Numbered from the stretch's first letter, positions 15,962 to 26,541 are shown. The stretch is 64,000 nt of DNA from Nitrospirota bacterium (GCA_020851375.1 JADZCV010000022.1:10814-74813), one strand, 5' to 3'. Notes: generated from the sequence alone by a model not told the origin. Numbers and translations are program-made.

Positions 15962-18718
15962 ATGTTACCTAAAAAACTCATTACATACCTCCTCTACTTT
16001 GTAGTACTTCTGGTTGTTTTTATAGTACCCAACTTACTGGGTCTGCTTATTGACTGGTATTGGTTTCAGGAAATAGGCTATACCAATATCTTCAGTACCA
16101 TTCTTATTACGAAGATTTTTCTTGGATTGGGAGTTGGAATTCTCAGTTTTGTAATCATCTACCTCAATTTCTGGCTGGCTCAGCGACTCGTCGTGTCGAG
16201 GCCATTGATCGTCCGGCTTCCGGAAGGTGTCGGGACGCAGACTGACATGATGCGAACGCTGGATCTGACGAGGTATATTAACGCATTCGCCATGCCGGTC
16301 TCGCTTTTATTCGGATTTTTCACGGGTCTGGCCGGGGCCGGCAATTGGGATACAGCACTTAAGTATTTTAACGCAACGCCATTTGGCGTGAAGGACCCCA
16401 TATTTGGCCGGGACATTGCTTTTTACTTCTTTAACCTGCCGCTTATTCAGGCATTGGCAGGTTTGGGTTTCTGGCTTATTATTGTATCTCTGCTCGGTGC
16501 AGCTGCAAGCTATGTTCTGCGTGGCGCCATTGCGTTTAACTACCCTGGGCCGGCTGCCGGAATTATGAGGTCCCTCTTCCTGGACAAACCGGCAAAGGTT
16601 CACCTTTCGATCCTCATAGCCATGTTCTTCGTCTTAACGGCCTTTAAGATTTATTCCGTCAGGATCCCCGATTTATTATACAGCTCGGCAGGACCATTTA
16701 CAGGCGCCAGGTTTACTGACATTCACGCCATGCTGCCATTCCTGAAGTTACTTATTTTTGTTTCGCTTGTCGCTGCTGTCCTGGTAATAATAAACATCTA
16801 TAAATCCGGCAACCAACTGATTGTCCTTGCCATTGCCCTGTATGCCCTTACCTCTATTCTGGGCGGGTGGGTCTATCCGGCCCTCCTGCAGAAATTTGTT
16901 ATTGCGCCTAATGAGCTCATCAAGGAAACTCCTTTTATTAAACACAATATTGATGCCACACAAAAGGCCTATGCATTGGATAAGATAGAAGAGCGCAATC
17001 TTACCGGCGAATCTGTCCTTACCATGGCAGACATCAATAACAATCGCTCTACAATAAAGAATGTCCGGTTATGGGATCGGGAACCCCTGCTCGACACTTT
17101 TGGCCAGTTGCAGGAGATACGCACATACTATGACTTTATATCAATTGATAATGACCGCTACCGTTTTAACGGCGACTACCGTCAGGTACTGCTTTCTCCC
17201 AGAGAGCTTAATCCTGTAAGTCTTCCTCAGCGCACCTTTATCAATGAGCACCTGACGTTTACGCATGGATTCGGTCTCACCTTAAGTCCGGTCAATGAGG
17301 TTACACCAGAGGGCCTGCCGGTGCTGTTTTTAAAAGACCTTCCCCCATCGTCCGGCATAGCCTCGCTAACAGTAAGCCGTCCGGAGATATACTATGGAGA
17401 ACTTGCCGGCAACTGGGTAGTTGTCAATACCAGGACAAAAGAATTTGACTATCCTTCAGGTGAGGAAAATGTCTTTGCTGACTATCAAGGAAGCGGGGGA
17501 GTCAGAATCGGATCAGTATTCAGAAAGGCCCTGTTTGCATTACGGTTCGGCTCTATGAAGATATTACTGTCCAATGATATAACACCGGACTCAAGGATAA
17601 TGTATTACCGCACTATTCAGGAAAGGGTCAGACGTGTCCTTCCCTTCCTGAGTATGGACCACGACCCTTATATGGTGGTTACAAAAAATGGGGAGCTTAA
17701 ATGGATATATGACGCATATACTACCTCCAACCGCTATCCATATGCGGAAATGGTCAATGATGCATTTGGTTCTGTATCTGGTCGCCGCCTCAATTACATA
17801 AGAAATTCGGTGAAGGTGGTGATTGATGCCTATGACGGCAAGATGACATTTTATATTGCAGATAATGAAGATCCGGTTATTAAGACATATGCCGGTATTT
17901 TTAAAGGTTCGTTTGTTCCGCTTAATGAGATGGATGAAGAACTGAGGACTCATATACGGTATCCGGAAGATTTATTTGTCTATCAGACAGCACTGTACAC
18001 GGTGTATCACATGGATGAGGCACAGATTTTCTACAACAAGGAAGACCAGTGGCAGATTCCGGTTATTGCCAGCGGGAAACAGACTGATTCAATGATGCGG
18101 CATATGATTATGAAACTCCCTGGAGAGAGACAGGAAGAGTTCATTTTAATGATACCATTTACCCCCCGCGGCAAGGACAATCTATCTGCCTGGATGGTGG
18201 CGCGAAATGACGGGGAATATTATGGACAACTGGTAGTGTATCGCTTTCCCAAACAGAAACTTGTTTATGGGCCGATGCAGATTACCAACCGCATAAATCA
18301 GGACGCAGACATCGCCCGTCAGATTTCTCTATGGGATCAGAGAGGATCTGAAGTTATCAGGGGCAATCTTCTGGTAATACCTATTGAGGAGGCTCTTATT
18401 TATATACAGCCGATCTATCTGCGTGCCGCGGGTGGTAAGATTCCCGAGCTAAAACGTGTTATTGTTGCGTATGAAAACCGCATTGCCATGGAAGAGACCC
18501 TTGAGGCGGCCCTGTCAGGAGTATTTGGCGGAAGGGTAGTCCAGGACAGGGAAGTTTCCAGGGCTCTTGCTACAACAACACCGGAAACAGGTGAGGTTTT
18601 ATTCCGCCAGGCCAGAGATCACTACAACCGCGCCATCGAGGCGCAGCGCCGCGGTGACTGGGCGCTTTACGGTGAAGAGATAAGAAAGCTCGGGGAAGCG
18701 CTTAAAAAAGCAAAATAA
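15962..18718 (+). CDS. UPF0182 family membrane protein
   Basis: About 919 aa with several N-terminal TM helices, the DIAFYFFNLPL motif and a large C-terminal soluble part. This overall architecture is typical of UPF0182. Start taken at ATG 15962. Confidence 0.7.
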   Translation: MLPKKLITYLLYFVVLLVVFIVPNLLGLLIDWYWFQEIGYTNIFSTILITKIFLGLGVGILSFVIIYLNFWLAQRLVVSRPLIVRLPEGVGTQTDMMRTLDLTRYINAFAMPVSLLFGFFTGLAGAGNWDTALKYFNATPFGVKDPIFGRDIAFYFFNLPLIQALAGLGFWLIIVSLLGAAASYVLRGAIAFNYPGPAAGIMRSLFLDKPAKVHLSILIAMFFVLTAFKIYSVRIPDLLYSSAGPFTGARFTDIHAMLPFLKLLIFVSLVAAVLVIINIYKSGNQLIVLAIALYALTSILGGWVYPALLQKFVIAPNELIKETPFIKHNIDATQKAYALDKIEERNLTGESVLTMADINNNRSTIKNVRLWDREPLLDTFGQLQEIRTYYDFISIDNDRYRFNGDYRQVLLSPRELNPVSLPQRTFINEHLTFTHGFGLTLSPVNEVTPEGLPVLFLKDLPPSSGIASLTVSRPEIYYGELAGNWVVVNTRTKEFDYPSGEENVFADYQGSGGVRIGSVFRKALFALRFGSMKILLSNDITPDSRIMYYRTIQERVRRVLPFLSMDHDPYMVVTKNGELKWIYDAYTTSNRYPYAEMVNDAFGSVSGRRLNYIRNSVKVVIDAYDGKMTFYIADNEDPVIKTYAGIFKGSFVPLNEMDEELRTHIRYPEDLFVYQTALYTVYHMDEAQIFYNKEDQWQIPVIASGKQTDSMMRHMIMKLPGERQEEFILMIPFTPRGKDNLSAWMVARNDGEYYGQLVVYRFPKQKLVYGPMQITNRINQDADIARQISLWDQRGSEVIRGNLLVIPIEEALIYIQPIYLRAAGGKIPELKRVIVAYENRIAMEETLEAALSGVFGGRVVQDREVSRALATTTPETGEVLFRQARDHYNRAIEAQRRGDWALYGEEIRKLGEALKKAK

Positions 18719-18794
18719 GTTATCATGTAAGTGTCTATAGAGTATCCCGGGTCAATTCCGACAGCTACCTAAAAAATAATCTGAAAAATAATGC

Positions 18795-18823
18795 TTGACA
18801 AAAAAAATCAAATAGGGGATTAT
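18795..18823 (+). promoter_or_regulatory. Candidate sigma70 promoter of the iron-uptake operon (TTGACA-17-GATTAT)
   Basis: TTGACA at 18795-18800 and GATTAT at 18818-18823. Confidence 0.4.
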
Positions 18824-18832
18824 TGCTGAACT

Positions 18833-18851
18833 GATAATGAGAATCAGTGTC
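18833..18851 (+). promoter_or_regulatory. Fur box candidate
   Basis: GATAATGAGAATCAGTGTC matches the 19-bp Fur consensus GATAATGATAATCATTATC at 16/19. It lies just downstream of the candidate -10 and 40 nt upstream of the FTR1 gene. Confidence 0.6.
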
Positions 18852-18890
18852 AACATCAATAAGAAGTAAAATATGAGGCTGAGGTAATGG

Positions 18891-20153
18891 ATGTTTAAGA
18901 TATTTAAGAAGATGCATATGAAGGTTTTTGCTCCTGCGATTGTATTGTTTATATTCCTTATTTTCCTGCCTGCCCATGCTGCAGAAAAGAGTTGGAATGT
19001 AGTGGTCGATGAGATCGAGGAACTATTGAAGGACGGAAAGGAGGCGTATGCCCACGGCAGGAGCGATGAGGCGAAGCGCTTCGTGTCAGATGCCTATTTT
19101 ACGGCCTTTGAAGGGGAGGGGATGGAGACGGCCATCAATATCTACATTTCCGGGGAGAGGGTCTATAAGCTCGAAACGATGTTTGGAGGCATTCGAAAGA
19201 CGATCAGCGTGAGGGCTCCTCTGCCGGTGGTTGTGGGAGAGATGGATTCATTGATCAGTGCCCTGAGGGAGGATGCAGTGCGGCTTCCTGAACGTGGTGG
19301 AGCCGAGGGGAGGCAGAATGAATCCCATTATGTTAGTTTCATCAACTCCTTTGTCATCATTCTGAGAGAAGGATTCGAGGCTATCCTCGTGATTTCGGCC
19401 CTGACTGCCTATCTTGCAAAGACAGGTCAGAAGGACAATATCCGGACGGTCTATCTTGGAGGGGCAGCGGCGCTGGTTGCCAGTCTCTTGACGGCCGTCC
19501 TGCTGCAGACGGTAATCAAAATCAGCGGGGCCGGCAAGGAGGCGATGGAAGGGGTGACGATGCTCTTTGCGACGGCGATACTCTTTTATGTGAGCTACTG
19601 GCTCATCAGCAAGATGGAGGCGGCCAGGTGGCAACGCTATATCCAATCGAAGGTGAGCGGCTCTATCAGCCGGGGGAATGTTATCGCCCTCGGCTTCGCG
19701 GCCTTTCTTGCTGTCTACCGTGAAGGGGCAGAGACGATCCTCTTCTATCAGGCCTTATATTCTTCAACCGCCGCAAGCGGTGCGGTGACACTTGGGCTTG
19801 CTGCAGGCATTCTGCCTCTCATAGCGATCTTCTTTTTGATCAAATACGGGAGTGTCCGGATCCCTGTTGCTCCGTTCTTTGCCGTCACCTCTGCACTTCT
19901 CTATTATCTCGCCTTCTCCTTTGCCGGGAAGGGTGTCTTCGAATTGCAGGCAGCGGAATGGATCTCCGCGACTCATATTAAGGGGTTCCCGACGATCAGC
20001 CCGCTGGGAATCTTTCCAAGTTGGGAGGGAATAGCGCTTCAGTCAATTCTCGTGATAGCACTGGGGGCGGCGCTCCTATACACCTTTGTTTTAAGGCCTG
20101 ACCCGGAGAGAAGGGGCGTATCAAAAGATTTCAAAAGGGGGATAGGATCATGA
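18891..20153 (+). CDS. FTR1/EfeU-family high-affinity iron permease with an N-terminal periplasmic helical domain
   Basis: Two REXXE motifs (REGFEAILV, REGAETILF) in a polytopic membrane domain. A signal/anchor and a ~130-aa extra N-terminal domain are also present. Confidence 0.85.
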   Translation: MFKIFKKMHMKVFAPAIVLFIFLIFLPAHAAEKSWNVVVDEIEELLKDGKEAYAHGRSDEAKRFVSDAYFTAFEGEGMETAINIYISGERVYKLETMFGGIRKTISVRAPLPVVVGEMDSLISALREDAVRLPERGGAEGRQNESHYVSFINSFVIILREGFEAILVISALTAYLAKTGQKDNIRTVYLGGAAALVASLLTAVLLQTVIKISGAGKEAMEGVTMLFATAILFYVSYWLISKMEAARWQRYIQSKVSGSISRGNVIALGFAAFLAVYREGAETILFYQALYSSTAASGAVTLGLAAGILPLIAIFFLIKYGSVRIPVAPFFAVTSALLYYLAFSFAGKGVFELQAAEWISATHIKGFPTISPLGIFPSWEGIALQSILVIALGAALLYTFVLRPDPERRGVSKDFKRGIGS

Positions 20154-21544
20154 AGGATGTCCTTAAGGTCACAGGGGAAAATCTCCAAATAAAGAAACCG
20201 GATATTAAGAAAGGCAAACCCCGAAAGGATATTGTCGGAATTATCGAAGCATTTTTCGTGCGAAACAGGCGGAGGTTTGTTTATTTCCACACAGGGATGT
20301 TTATAGCCCTCGCCCTGCTTCTCATAGTTCCCGCGCTGCTGCCTCTCCCGGCTGATGACACGACCGTTCTAAATAACTTTACCCGTTTTGCGGGGTTTCT
20401 GATCTGGGGGCTCTGGTTTCCACTGGTGCTCCTATCTGTCGTCTTTTTCGGGAGGCTCTGGTGTGGTCTCCTATGTCCCCATGGGGCGCTCTCTGAGTAT
20501 GCCAGTAAGAAGGGGTTTGGCAGGCCGGTCCCGAAGTGGCTGCGCTGGGGAGGTGTGCCAATAGCGAGCTTTGTCCTGGTCACAACGTTCGGCCAGGTCG
20601 TTGGCATCAGGGAATATCCCATGGCGGCGTTGGAGGTACTTGGCGGGACTCTGATCATAGCTGCCCTTGTGGGTCTTATCTACGCTAACGGGAAGAGGAC
20701 CTTCTGCAGGTCCCTCTGCCCACTGGGGCCTCTCCTCGGCATCCTGTCGAGGCTTGGCGCCGTCAGCTTTGAGAGAGTGGGTAGAGAGAGTAAAGGCTAT
20801 CCCTGTCCGACCTTCATCAATACTGCGAAGAAGGTGGCGAGTTCGAACTGCATCGAGTGTTTCAAATGCGTGAATCCCGGTGTGCCTGGTTCCCTTCATC
20901 TTCAGATCAGGAGGCCTGGAAAAGAGATTGAAGAGATCGAAAAGAGAAAACCGGACTCCTGGGAGGTGATCTATCTCTTTTCAGCAACTGGCCTTGCCCT
21001 GGGCGCCTTTTACTGGCTGGTGAATCCTCTCTACGTACACTATAAACAGGTACTGGGCGGAATCCTTTTGGGTGCCGGGCTTGGCGACTGGATCGGATGG
21101 AGCGGCCCCTGGTGGCTGATGGTAAATTATCCGGCAGCAGGGGATGTGTTCATGCTTATAGACTTGATCTCTGTCACAAGTTTCATGTTTCTCTGCATGG
21201 CAGGGGTTGCTGCAGTACTCTTTTTTCTGACAGCCCTTTCAGCCCTGCTCCTGAGGAAACAGGCCCCCCTAATGACGACCATCACAAAGTTGGGTTATCT
21301 CTACGCGCCGCTCGTACTCGTATCCCTCGTGATAGGGCTTGGTCTGATCCTGTTTCAATCCCTCGGCGCCTTTGGATTGAGCAGGGCGACGATCCGGATG
21401 ATCCAGGGAGGTCTGTTCGCGACCGGCGGCATCTGGAGCCTGTATCTTGCAGTCAGACTTCAGGACGGTTTAAACCGGGCCATTGTTCCCAGCATTATTG
21501 GGATTGGATTTTTGGGTTATGCATGGTATCAGGCGCTTTTTTAA
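20150..21544 (+). CDS. Membrane polyferredoxin (NapH/FtrD-like 4Fe-4S binding protein)
   Basis: CGLLCPHGALSE, CRSLCPLGPLLG and CIECFKCV cysteine clusters within a multi-TM protein. It overlaps the permease gene by 4 nt. Confidence 0.75.
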   Translation: MKDVLKVTGENLQIKKPDIKKGKPRKDIVGIIEAFFVRNRRRFVYFHTGMFIALALLLIVPALLPLPADDTTVLNNFTRFAGFLIWGLWFPLVLLSVVFFGRLWCGLLCPHGALSEYASKKGFGRPVPKWLRWGGVPIASFVLVTTFGQVVGIREYPMAALEVLGGTLIIAALVGLIYANGKRTFCRSLCPLGPLLGILSRLGAVSFERVGRESKGYPCPTFINTAKKVASSNCIECFKCVNPGVPGSLHLQIRRPGKEIEEIEKRKPDSWEVIYLFSATGLALGAFYWLVNPLYVHYKQVLGGILLGAGLGDWIGWSGPWWLMVNYPAAGDVFMLIDLISVTSFMFLCMAGVAAVLFFLTALSALLLRKQAPLMTTITKLGYLYAPLVLVSLVIGLGLILFQSLGAFGLSRATIRMIQGGLFATGGIWSLYLAVRLQDGLNRAIVPSIIGIGFLGYAWYQALF

Positions 21545-21557
21545 AGGAGGTAACGAC

Positions 21558-21968
21558 ATGCGCACTCTTGTCATTCTGTTTGTCTTCGTTCTCCTGAATT
21601 CGGTTTACGCCGGTGCTGCTTCAGGTAAATGGATAAAGATGGCCGGTGAGATCGAGAGGACCCTCGAGGACGCTATGAGGGATTACAAGGATGGAAAGGT
21701 AAACGAGGCAGTAGAGAAGGTGGCGGATGCCTACTTCGGTATTTTTGAAGGTGAGGAGGCCAATATGGAGATAGCCGTACGGCGGTATCTGTCGCTGAAA
21801 AAGGTGACCGTCCTTGAAAAGGGGTTTGGTGACCTGCGGAAGGGGATGTCCGAGAAGCGGCCACTTCCGGAACTCAGGAAAGAGATGAACCGTTTGATCG
21901 GCGCTATAAAAGATACGGCCGGAGAACTGGACAGAAAGGGGGTGGGGCTCGATGTTGCATATCAGTAA
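21558..21968 (+). CDS. Secreted 136-aa protein paralogous to the N-terminal domain of the FTR1 permease
   Basis: AAGGAGG RBS before ATG 21558 and signal peptide MRTLVILFVFVLLNSVYAGA. It aligns by eye with permease residues ~30-130 (W..V..EIE..L.D....Y..G...EA...V.DAYF..FEGE..ME.A ... PLP....EM..LI.A). Confidence 0.7.
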   Translation: MRTLVILFVFVLLNSVYAGAASGKWIKMAGEIERTLEDAMRDYKDGKVNEAVEKVADAYFGIFEGEEANMEIAVRRYLSLKKVTVLEKGFGDLRKGMSEKRPLPELRKEMNRLIGAIKDTAGELDRKGVGLDVAYQ

Positions 21969-22123
21969 GCCGGCAGGGCGGAAGCAGCCACGGACTAAAG
22001 CCCGGCACCCCGCGTTTCGTCCGGATGCCGGGCCTTGCTCAGGACTATCACGATAGTCGGGACATTCCAGTAGACAAACACAGGTTATGCTTGTTCAGTG
22101 AACAGAGGAAAGGAGAATGAGTA

Positions 22124-22669
22124 ATGAAAATCGCAGTAAAGATATTTGCAGCATTGTCAGTTTTATTTGTATCCTATTTGCCGGCCATGGCGCTTGAAAC
22201 CCCTATCGGACTTTCCAGGACCCAGAACGGCATGGAGATAGCGGCTGTCTATCTGCAGGCCATTGAGATGGAGCCGAAGGATGGACCACATGCAATGCGT
22301 GCCAGAGAGAAATCAGACATACATCTCGAGGCTGACATCCGGGCAGAAGAGAATAATCCGAATGGTTTTGCTGCCGGAGAGTGGGTCCCTAACCTGACGG
22401 TCCACTATACGCTGATCAAACTCGATACCAACGAGAAGGTCGAGGGTCACATGATGCCAATGGTTGCCAACGACGGCCCTCACTATGGTGATAATGTCAA
22501 GATGCCTGGGGTGGGGAAATACAAGTTGATATACAGGATTGACAACCCTCTGAAACAGGGCTTTGGGAGACATGTGGATAAAGAAACCGGTGTGGGACCG
22601 TGGTTCAAGGCCTTTGAGGTTGAGTGGGAGTTCAAATACTTCGGAGCCGGCAAAAAGGGCGGGTATTAA
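22124..22669 (+). CDS. P19/FtrA-type periplasmic iron (Cu-dependent) binding protein
   Basis: NGMEIAAVYLQAIEMEP...DIHLEADIRAEENNPNGF...MPMVANDGPHYGDNV...QGFGRHVDKETGVGPWF closely follows the Campylobacter P19 sequence pattern as I recall it. Confidence 0.88.
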   Translation: MKIAVKIFAALSVLFVSYLPAMALETPIGLSRTQNGMEIAAVYLQAIEMEPKDGPHAMRAREKSDIHLEADIRAEENNPNGFAAGEWVPNLTVHYTLIKLDTNEKVEGHMMPMVANDGPHYGDNVKMPGVGKYKLIYRIDNPLKQGFGRHVDKETGVGPWFKAFEVEWEFKYFGAGKKGGY

Positions 22670-22685
22670 AACCCTCTCAAATAAT

Positions 22686-23408
22686 TTACGCAGAGTTGAT
22701 GAATGCCCTTAATAGCATTTTGGTATACGCGCTGTCTGGCTCCATCTCAGGGTGCCATTGGACGCCGATCAAAAATGGGTAGTCAGGCAGCTCGATTGCC
22801 TCAATTACCCCGTCAGTTGAAGCGGCGCTTACTACAAGTCCCTTTCCAGACGACCTGACTGACTGGTGGTGTGTGCTGAAGATGGAGATATCGTTGGTCA
22901 GGGGGACAGAATTTAATTTTGTCCCCGACCTGGCTGAGAGTATATCATAAAGCATCGTCCCTTCTACAACGGTTATGTTATGCTGACCTCTGTGGTTTAG
23001 AGGGTTCCGGATTTGTGATGGTATGTCCTGAAACAGGCTTCCTCCAAGCGCAATATTAATGAGCTGAGCGCCGAGACAGATGCCGAGGGCCGGCTTTCGA
23101 AGATGCACCACCTCTTTAAACAGCTCTAACTCAAACTGAGTCCTCTTATCAGGGGATAATGCCATGTCGTAAAGAGGCTCTTCCCCATAGTATCGGGGAT
23201 GGATATCATCGCCGCCGCTGAACAGAAAGGCGTCTGCAATCCCGGCGATCCGAGCGACATGCTCTTTCTTATCTGTAATCGGGATTATTAATGGAATGCC
23301 ACCTGCGTCTTCTATAACCCTGGCGTATGTATTGGGTAAAGTGGTCTGCGGCCTGTCACGCAGTTCCTCTGTCCTTGCCGTGATTGCAATAACCGGTTGC
23401 CGGTTCAC
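22686..23408 (-). CDS. Class I glutamine amidotransferase, peptidase C26 (gamma-glutamyl-GABA hydrolase-like)
   Basis: GICLGAQLINIALGGSL (nucleophile Cys) and GVQWHPE motifs. Confidence 0.8.
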   Translation of the reverse strand: MNRQPVIAITARTEELRDRPQTTLPNTYARVIEDAGGIPLIIPITDKKEHVARIAGIADAFLFSGGDDIHPRYYGEEPLYDMALSPDKRTQFELELFKEVVHLRKPALGICLGAQLINIALGGSLFQDIPSQIRNPLNHRGQHNITVVEGTMLYDILSARSGTKLNSVPLTNDISIFSTHHQSVRSSGKGLVVSAASTDGVIEAIELPDYPFLIGVQWHPEMEPDSAYTKMLLRAFINSA

Positions 23409-23430
23409 TCGAAAATACTCCTAAGTACCT

Positions 23431-23499
23431 GTCATTCTCACGTAAGTGGGAATCCAGAATCAGGCAATCGGTCTGGATTCCCGCTTACGCGGGAATGAC
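23431..23499. repeat. REP-like element with two inverted units of the GTCATTCCCGCG-N-AAGCGGGAATCCAG family
   Basis: gtcattctcacgtaagtgggaatccaga ... tctggattcccgcttacgcgggaatgac. It is intergenic between the amidotransferase start and the clpB stop. Confidence 0.85.
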
Positions 23500-23538
23500 G
23501 TTTTCATGAACCTTGGTGAGCCTGAGGCTCATGCCGGT

Positions 23539-26121
23539 TCACCTGAAAATAATCTCCCCGTCCTTGACGTCAACTGTCACGGTCTGTCCCTCTCTTATCG
23601 TGCCATCTAAGATCATCATGGCAAGCGGGTTCTGGAGTTTTCGCTGTATCACCCTTTTGAGCGGCCTTGCTCCAAAGACAGGGTCATATCCCTCTACTGC
23701 AAGGGATGACTTAGCCGCGTCTGTCAGCTTAAGCTGAATCTGCTTTTCTTCCAGGAGCTTTAAGAGACGCGTCAATTGAATATCAACGATCCTTTTCAGG
23801 TGCTCCATGTCAAGCGTGTGGAATATTATGACATCATCGACCCTGTTTAAGAACTCGGGTCTGAAATAAGAGCGCATCGCCTCTGTAACCCTTTTTCTCA
23901 TCTCTTCTTCATTCCTTCCGCCCAGTTCCTGGATAAACTGGCTTCCAATGTTTGAGGTCATAATAACGACAGTATTCTTGAAATCAACTGTGCGGCCATG
24001 ACTGTCAGTCAGTCTCCCGTCATCCAATAATTGAAGGAGTATGTTGAATACGTCAGGATGTGCCTTTTCGATCTCGTCAAACAATAATACGGAGTAAGGT
24101 TTTCTCCTGACTGCCTCTGTAAGATGGCCCCCTTCTTCATAGCCGACATAGCCCGGAGGTGCGCCTATCAGTTTTGCCACTGTATGTTTTTCCATGAATT
24201 CAGACATGTCTATGCGTATCATTGCCTGCTCATTATCAAAGAGGAACTCTGCGAGAGCCTTTGCGAGTTCAGTCTTTCCAACACCGGTCGGTCCCATGAA
24301 GATGAAGGAGCCGAGCGGTCTGTTGGGGTCCTGGATGCCTGCGCGGGCCCTGCGTACTGCATTCGCAACTGCAGAAATGGCCTCATCCTGTCCCACAACG
24401 CGGCGCCTCAGGTTATCTTCAATTTGAAGCAACTTTTGCACCTCTCCTTCCAGCATCTTTGCTACAGGTATCCCTGTCCACTTCGATACTATCTCTGCTA
24501 TGTCTTCCTCGTCCACCTCTTCCTTCAGGAGCTTTACAGTGTCGTGAGACTCAGTCAGCCGCCTGTTTTCCTCCTCGAGCTGTTTCTGCAGTTCCGGAAG
24601 CCTTCCGTATCTCAACTCAGCCGCCTTTTCAAGGTCACCGCCCCTCTCAGCCTGTTCTGACTGTATGCGTGTGGCTTCAATCTGCTCCTTGAGGCTCCTG
24701 ATCTTCCCTATTGTCCCCTTCTCACTCTGCCACTGCGCCCGCAATGTTGAGCCGCTCTCCTTCAGGTCTGCCAGTTCCTTTTCTATCTTCCCCAGACGCT
24801 CGATAGAAGCCGGGTCCCGCTCCTTCTTTACAGCCTGACGCTCTATCTCGAGCTGGCGTATCCGGCGTTCGATCTCATCAAGCTCTGAAGGCATACTGTC
24901 TATCTCTATGCGAAGGCGTGAGGCCGACTCATCAATAAGGTCAATAGCCTTATCAGGAAGGAACCTGTCAGTGATGTATCTGTTGGACAGAACGGCGGCA
25001 GCCACAATGGCAGAGTCTTTAATCCGTACTCCATGATGCACTTCATAGCGTTCTTTAAGGCCTCTGAGAATGGATATCGTATCCTCCACAGAAGGTTCTG
25101 TGACTGTGATAGGCTGAAACCGTCTTTCGAGTGCCGCATCCTTTTCTATATGCTTTCTGTATTCGTCAATTGTAGTGGCGCCGACACATCTTAGTTCGCC
25201 TCTGGCAAGCGCTGGTTTCAGCATGTTGGATGCGTCTATTGCGCCCTCTGCAGCCCCGGCGCCTACAAGGGTGTGAAGCTCGTCAATGAAAAGTATAATC
25301 TGGCCCTCTGACTGCTCTATCTCTTTAATGACCGCCTTGAGCCGGTCTTCAAACTCTCCGCGGTATTTCGAACCCGCAATAAGAGCCCCCATGTCAAGTG
25401 ACACGACACGCTTCTTTTTCAGACCTTCAGGCACATCACCTGCAACTACACGCTGTGCCAGACCTTCTGCAATAGCCGTCTTGCCGACACCAGGTTCTCC
25501 TATCAGCACAGGATTGTTCTTGGTCCTTCTCGATAGCACCTGAATAACTCGCCTGATCTCATCATCCCTGCCAATTACAGGATCGAGCTTCCCTTTTCTC
25601 GCAAGTTCCGTTAGGTCCCTGCTGTATCTTGTCAGCGCCTGATACTTGTCTTCCGGATTCTGGTCAGTAACTGTCTGAGCTCCGCGAATCTCAACCAGCA
25701 CTTTCAGGATATTCTCTTTCGATATTCCGGTATTCTTCAGTATTCTGGAGACCGGGCTATCAATTTCAATCATTGCTATCAGAATGTGTTCGGTGCTGAC
25801 ATATTCGTCATGAAGCTGGTCTGCCTCTTTCTCTGCTGCCCCGAATACGTCATTGAGTTTCTGGGTTATATAAATTTGTCCAATTTTCCCAGGGCCGGAG
25901 ACCTTCGGCATCTTCTCAAGTTCCCTGTACAATTCCTTTTCAATTAAGGTTATGTCTGCGCCAAGTTTCTTAAGGATTTGCGGGACTATCCCGTCCTTTT
26001 GCCTGATCAGCGAGAGCATGAGATGGGCAGTATCAACCTGCTGATGAGCGTAGCCTTCAGCAGCCTTCTGTGCCTCAGCCACAGCCTCCTGAGCCTTGTA
26101 TGTCAATTTATTTATCTGCAT
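23539..26121 (-). CDS. clpB: ClpB disaggregase (AAA+ chaperone)
   Basis: 860 aa with two Walker A boxes ([16 protein letters not shown]), a long coiled-coil middle domain and a Clp N-domain. Confidence 0.97.
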   Translation of the reverse strand: MQINKLTYKAQEAVAEAQKAAEGYAHQQVDTAHLMLSLIRQKDGIVPQILKKLGADITLIEKELYRELEKMPKVSGPGKIGQIYITQKLNDVFGAAEKEADQLHDEYVSTEHILIAMIEIDSPVSRILKNTGISKENILKVLVEIRGAQTVTDQNPEDKYQALTRYSRDLTELARKGKLDPVIGRDDEIRRVIQVLSRRTKNNPVLIGEPGVGKTAIAEGLAQRVVAGDVPEGLKKKRVVSLDMGALIAGSKYRGEFEDRLKAVIKEIEQSEGQIILFIDELHTLVGAGAAEGAIDASNMLKPALARGELRCVGATTIDEYRKHIEKDAALERRFQPITVTEPSVEDTISILRGLKERYEVHHGVRIKDSAIVAAAVLSNRYITDRFLPDKAIDLIDESASRLRIEIDSMPSELDEIERRIRQLEIERQAVKKERDPASIERLGKIEKELADLKESGSTLRAQWQSEKGTIGKIRSLKEQIEATRIQSEQAERGGDLEKAAELRYGRLPELQKQLEEENRRLTESHDTVKLLKEEVDEEDIAEIVSKWTGIPVAKMLEGEVQKLLQIEDNLRRRVVGQDEAISAVANAVRRARAGIQDPNRPLGSFIFMGPTGVGKTELAKALAEFLFDNEQAMIRIDMSEFMEKHTVAKLIGAPPGYVGYEEGGHLTEAVRRKPYSVLLFDEIEKAHPDVFNILLQLLDDGRLTDSHGRTVDFKNTVVIMTSNIGSQFIQELGGRNEEEMRKRVTEAMRSYFRPEFLNRVDDVIIFHTLDMEHLKRIVDIQLTRLLKLLEEKQIQLKLTDAAKSSLAVEGYDPVFGARPLKRVIQRKLQNPLAMMILDGTIREGQTVTVDVKDGEIIFR

Positions 26122-26129
26122 ATGATATT

Positions 26130-26540
26130 TTACCTGCCTTTCCCCACCTTGACCCTTATTACCTTACGGGTCTTTCTTCCGGGATAATTTTCTCCGGATA
26201 TATCCTGTTTGTGACTAAACTTTGTTAACTCCTTCCTGAGCTCCTCCTTAAGATAGGTCATCAGGTCCCCCATCTCCCTCTGCATCTGGTCCACCTGATC
26301 CCTCATCCTGAGGATAATTTCAATTCCTGCCAGGTTTACACCCATGTCGCGGGTAAGATGCAGAATGAACTTTAACCGTTCAACATCCCTCCCTGAGTAC
26401 AGTCTCGTGTTGCCGTGTGACCTCCCGGGTACTACAAGCCCCTCTCTTTCATAGAGACGCAGGGTTTGAGGATGGATTTCAAGCATCTGCGCAACTATAC
26501 CTATCATATAAAGCGGGGTGTCCATATCATCCTTCAGCAC
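26130..26540 (-). CDS. hspR: HspR-type MerR-family heat-shock repressor
   Basis: [39 protein letters not shown] is a MerR HTH. It sits between dnaJ and clpB. Confidence 0.8.
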   Translation of the reverse strand: MLKDDMDTPLYMIGIVAQMLEIHPQTLRLYEREGLVVPGRSHGNTRLYSGRDVERLKFILHLTRDMGVNLAGIEIILRMRDQVDQMQREMGDLMTYLKEELRKELTKFSHKQDISGENYPGRKTRKVIRVKVGKGR

Positions 26541-26541
26541 C

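Noticed and set aside
15962-18718. The UPF0182 membrane protein as a possible CRISPR-associated accessory gene, since it starts ~140 nt after the array.
   Set aside because: UPF0182 is a widely distributed housekeeping-type family. It lies beyond the degenerate trailer repeat, and nothing links it functionally to the locus.
21097-21597. A 166-aa alternative-frame ORF across the end of the polyferredoxin gene, and the 21483 start of the following ORF.
   Set aside because: It is an out-of-frame overlap with a well-supported membrane protein. The downstream gene has a clean AAGGAGG-ATG (21558) and a signal peptide.
24124-24660. A 178-aa plus-strand ORF and several other ORFs antisense to clpB. 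Likewise there are many antisense ORFs inside cas10, guaB, guaA, aspS, UPF0182, trp genes and others.
   Set aside because: They are fully embedded opposite strongly supported genes, and their composition is typical of antisense frames.
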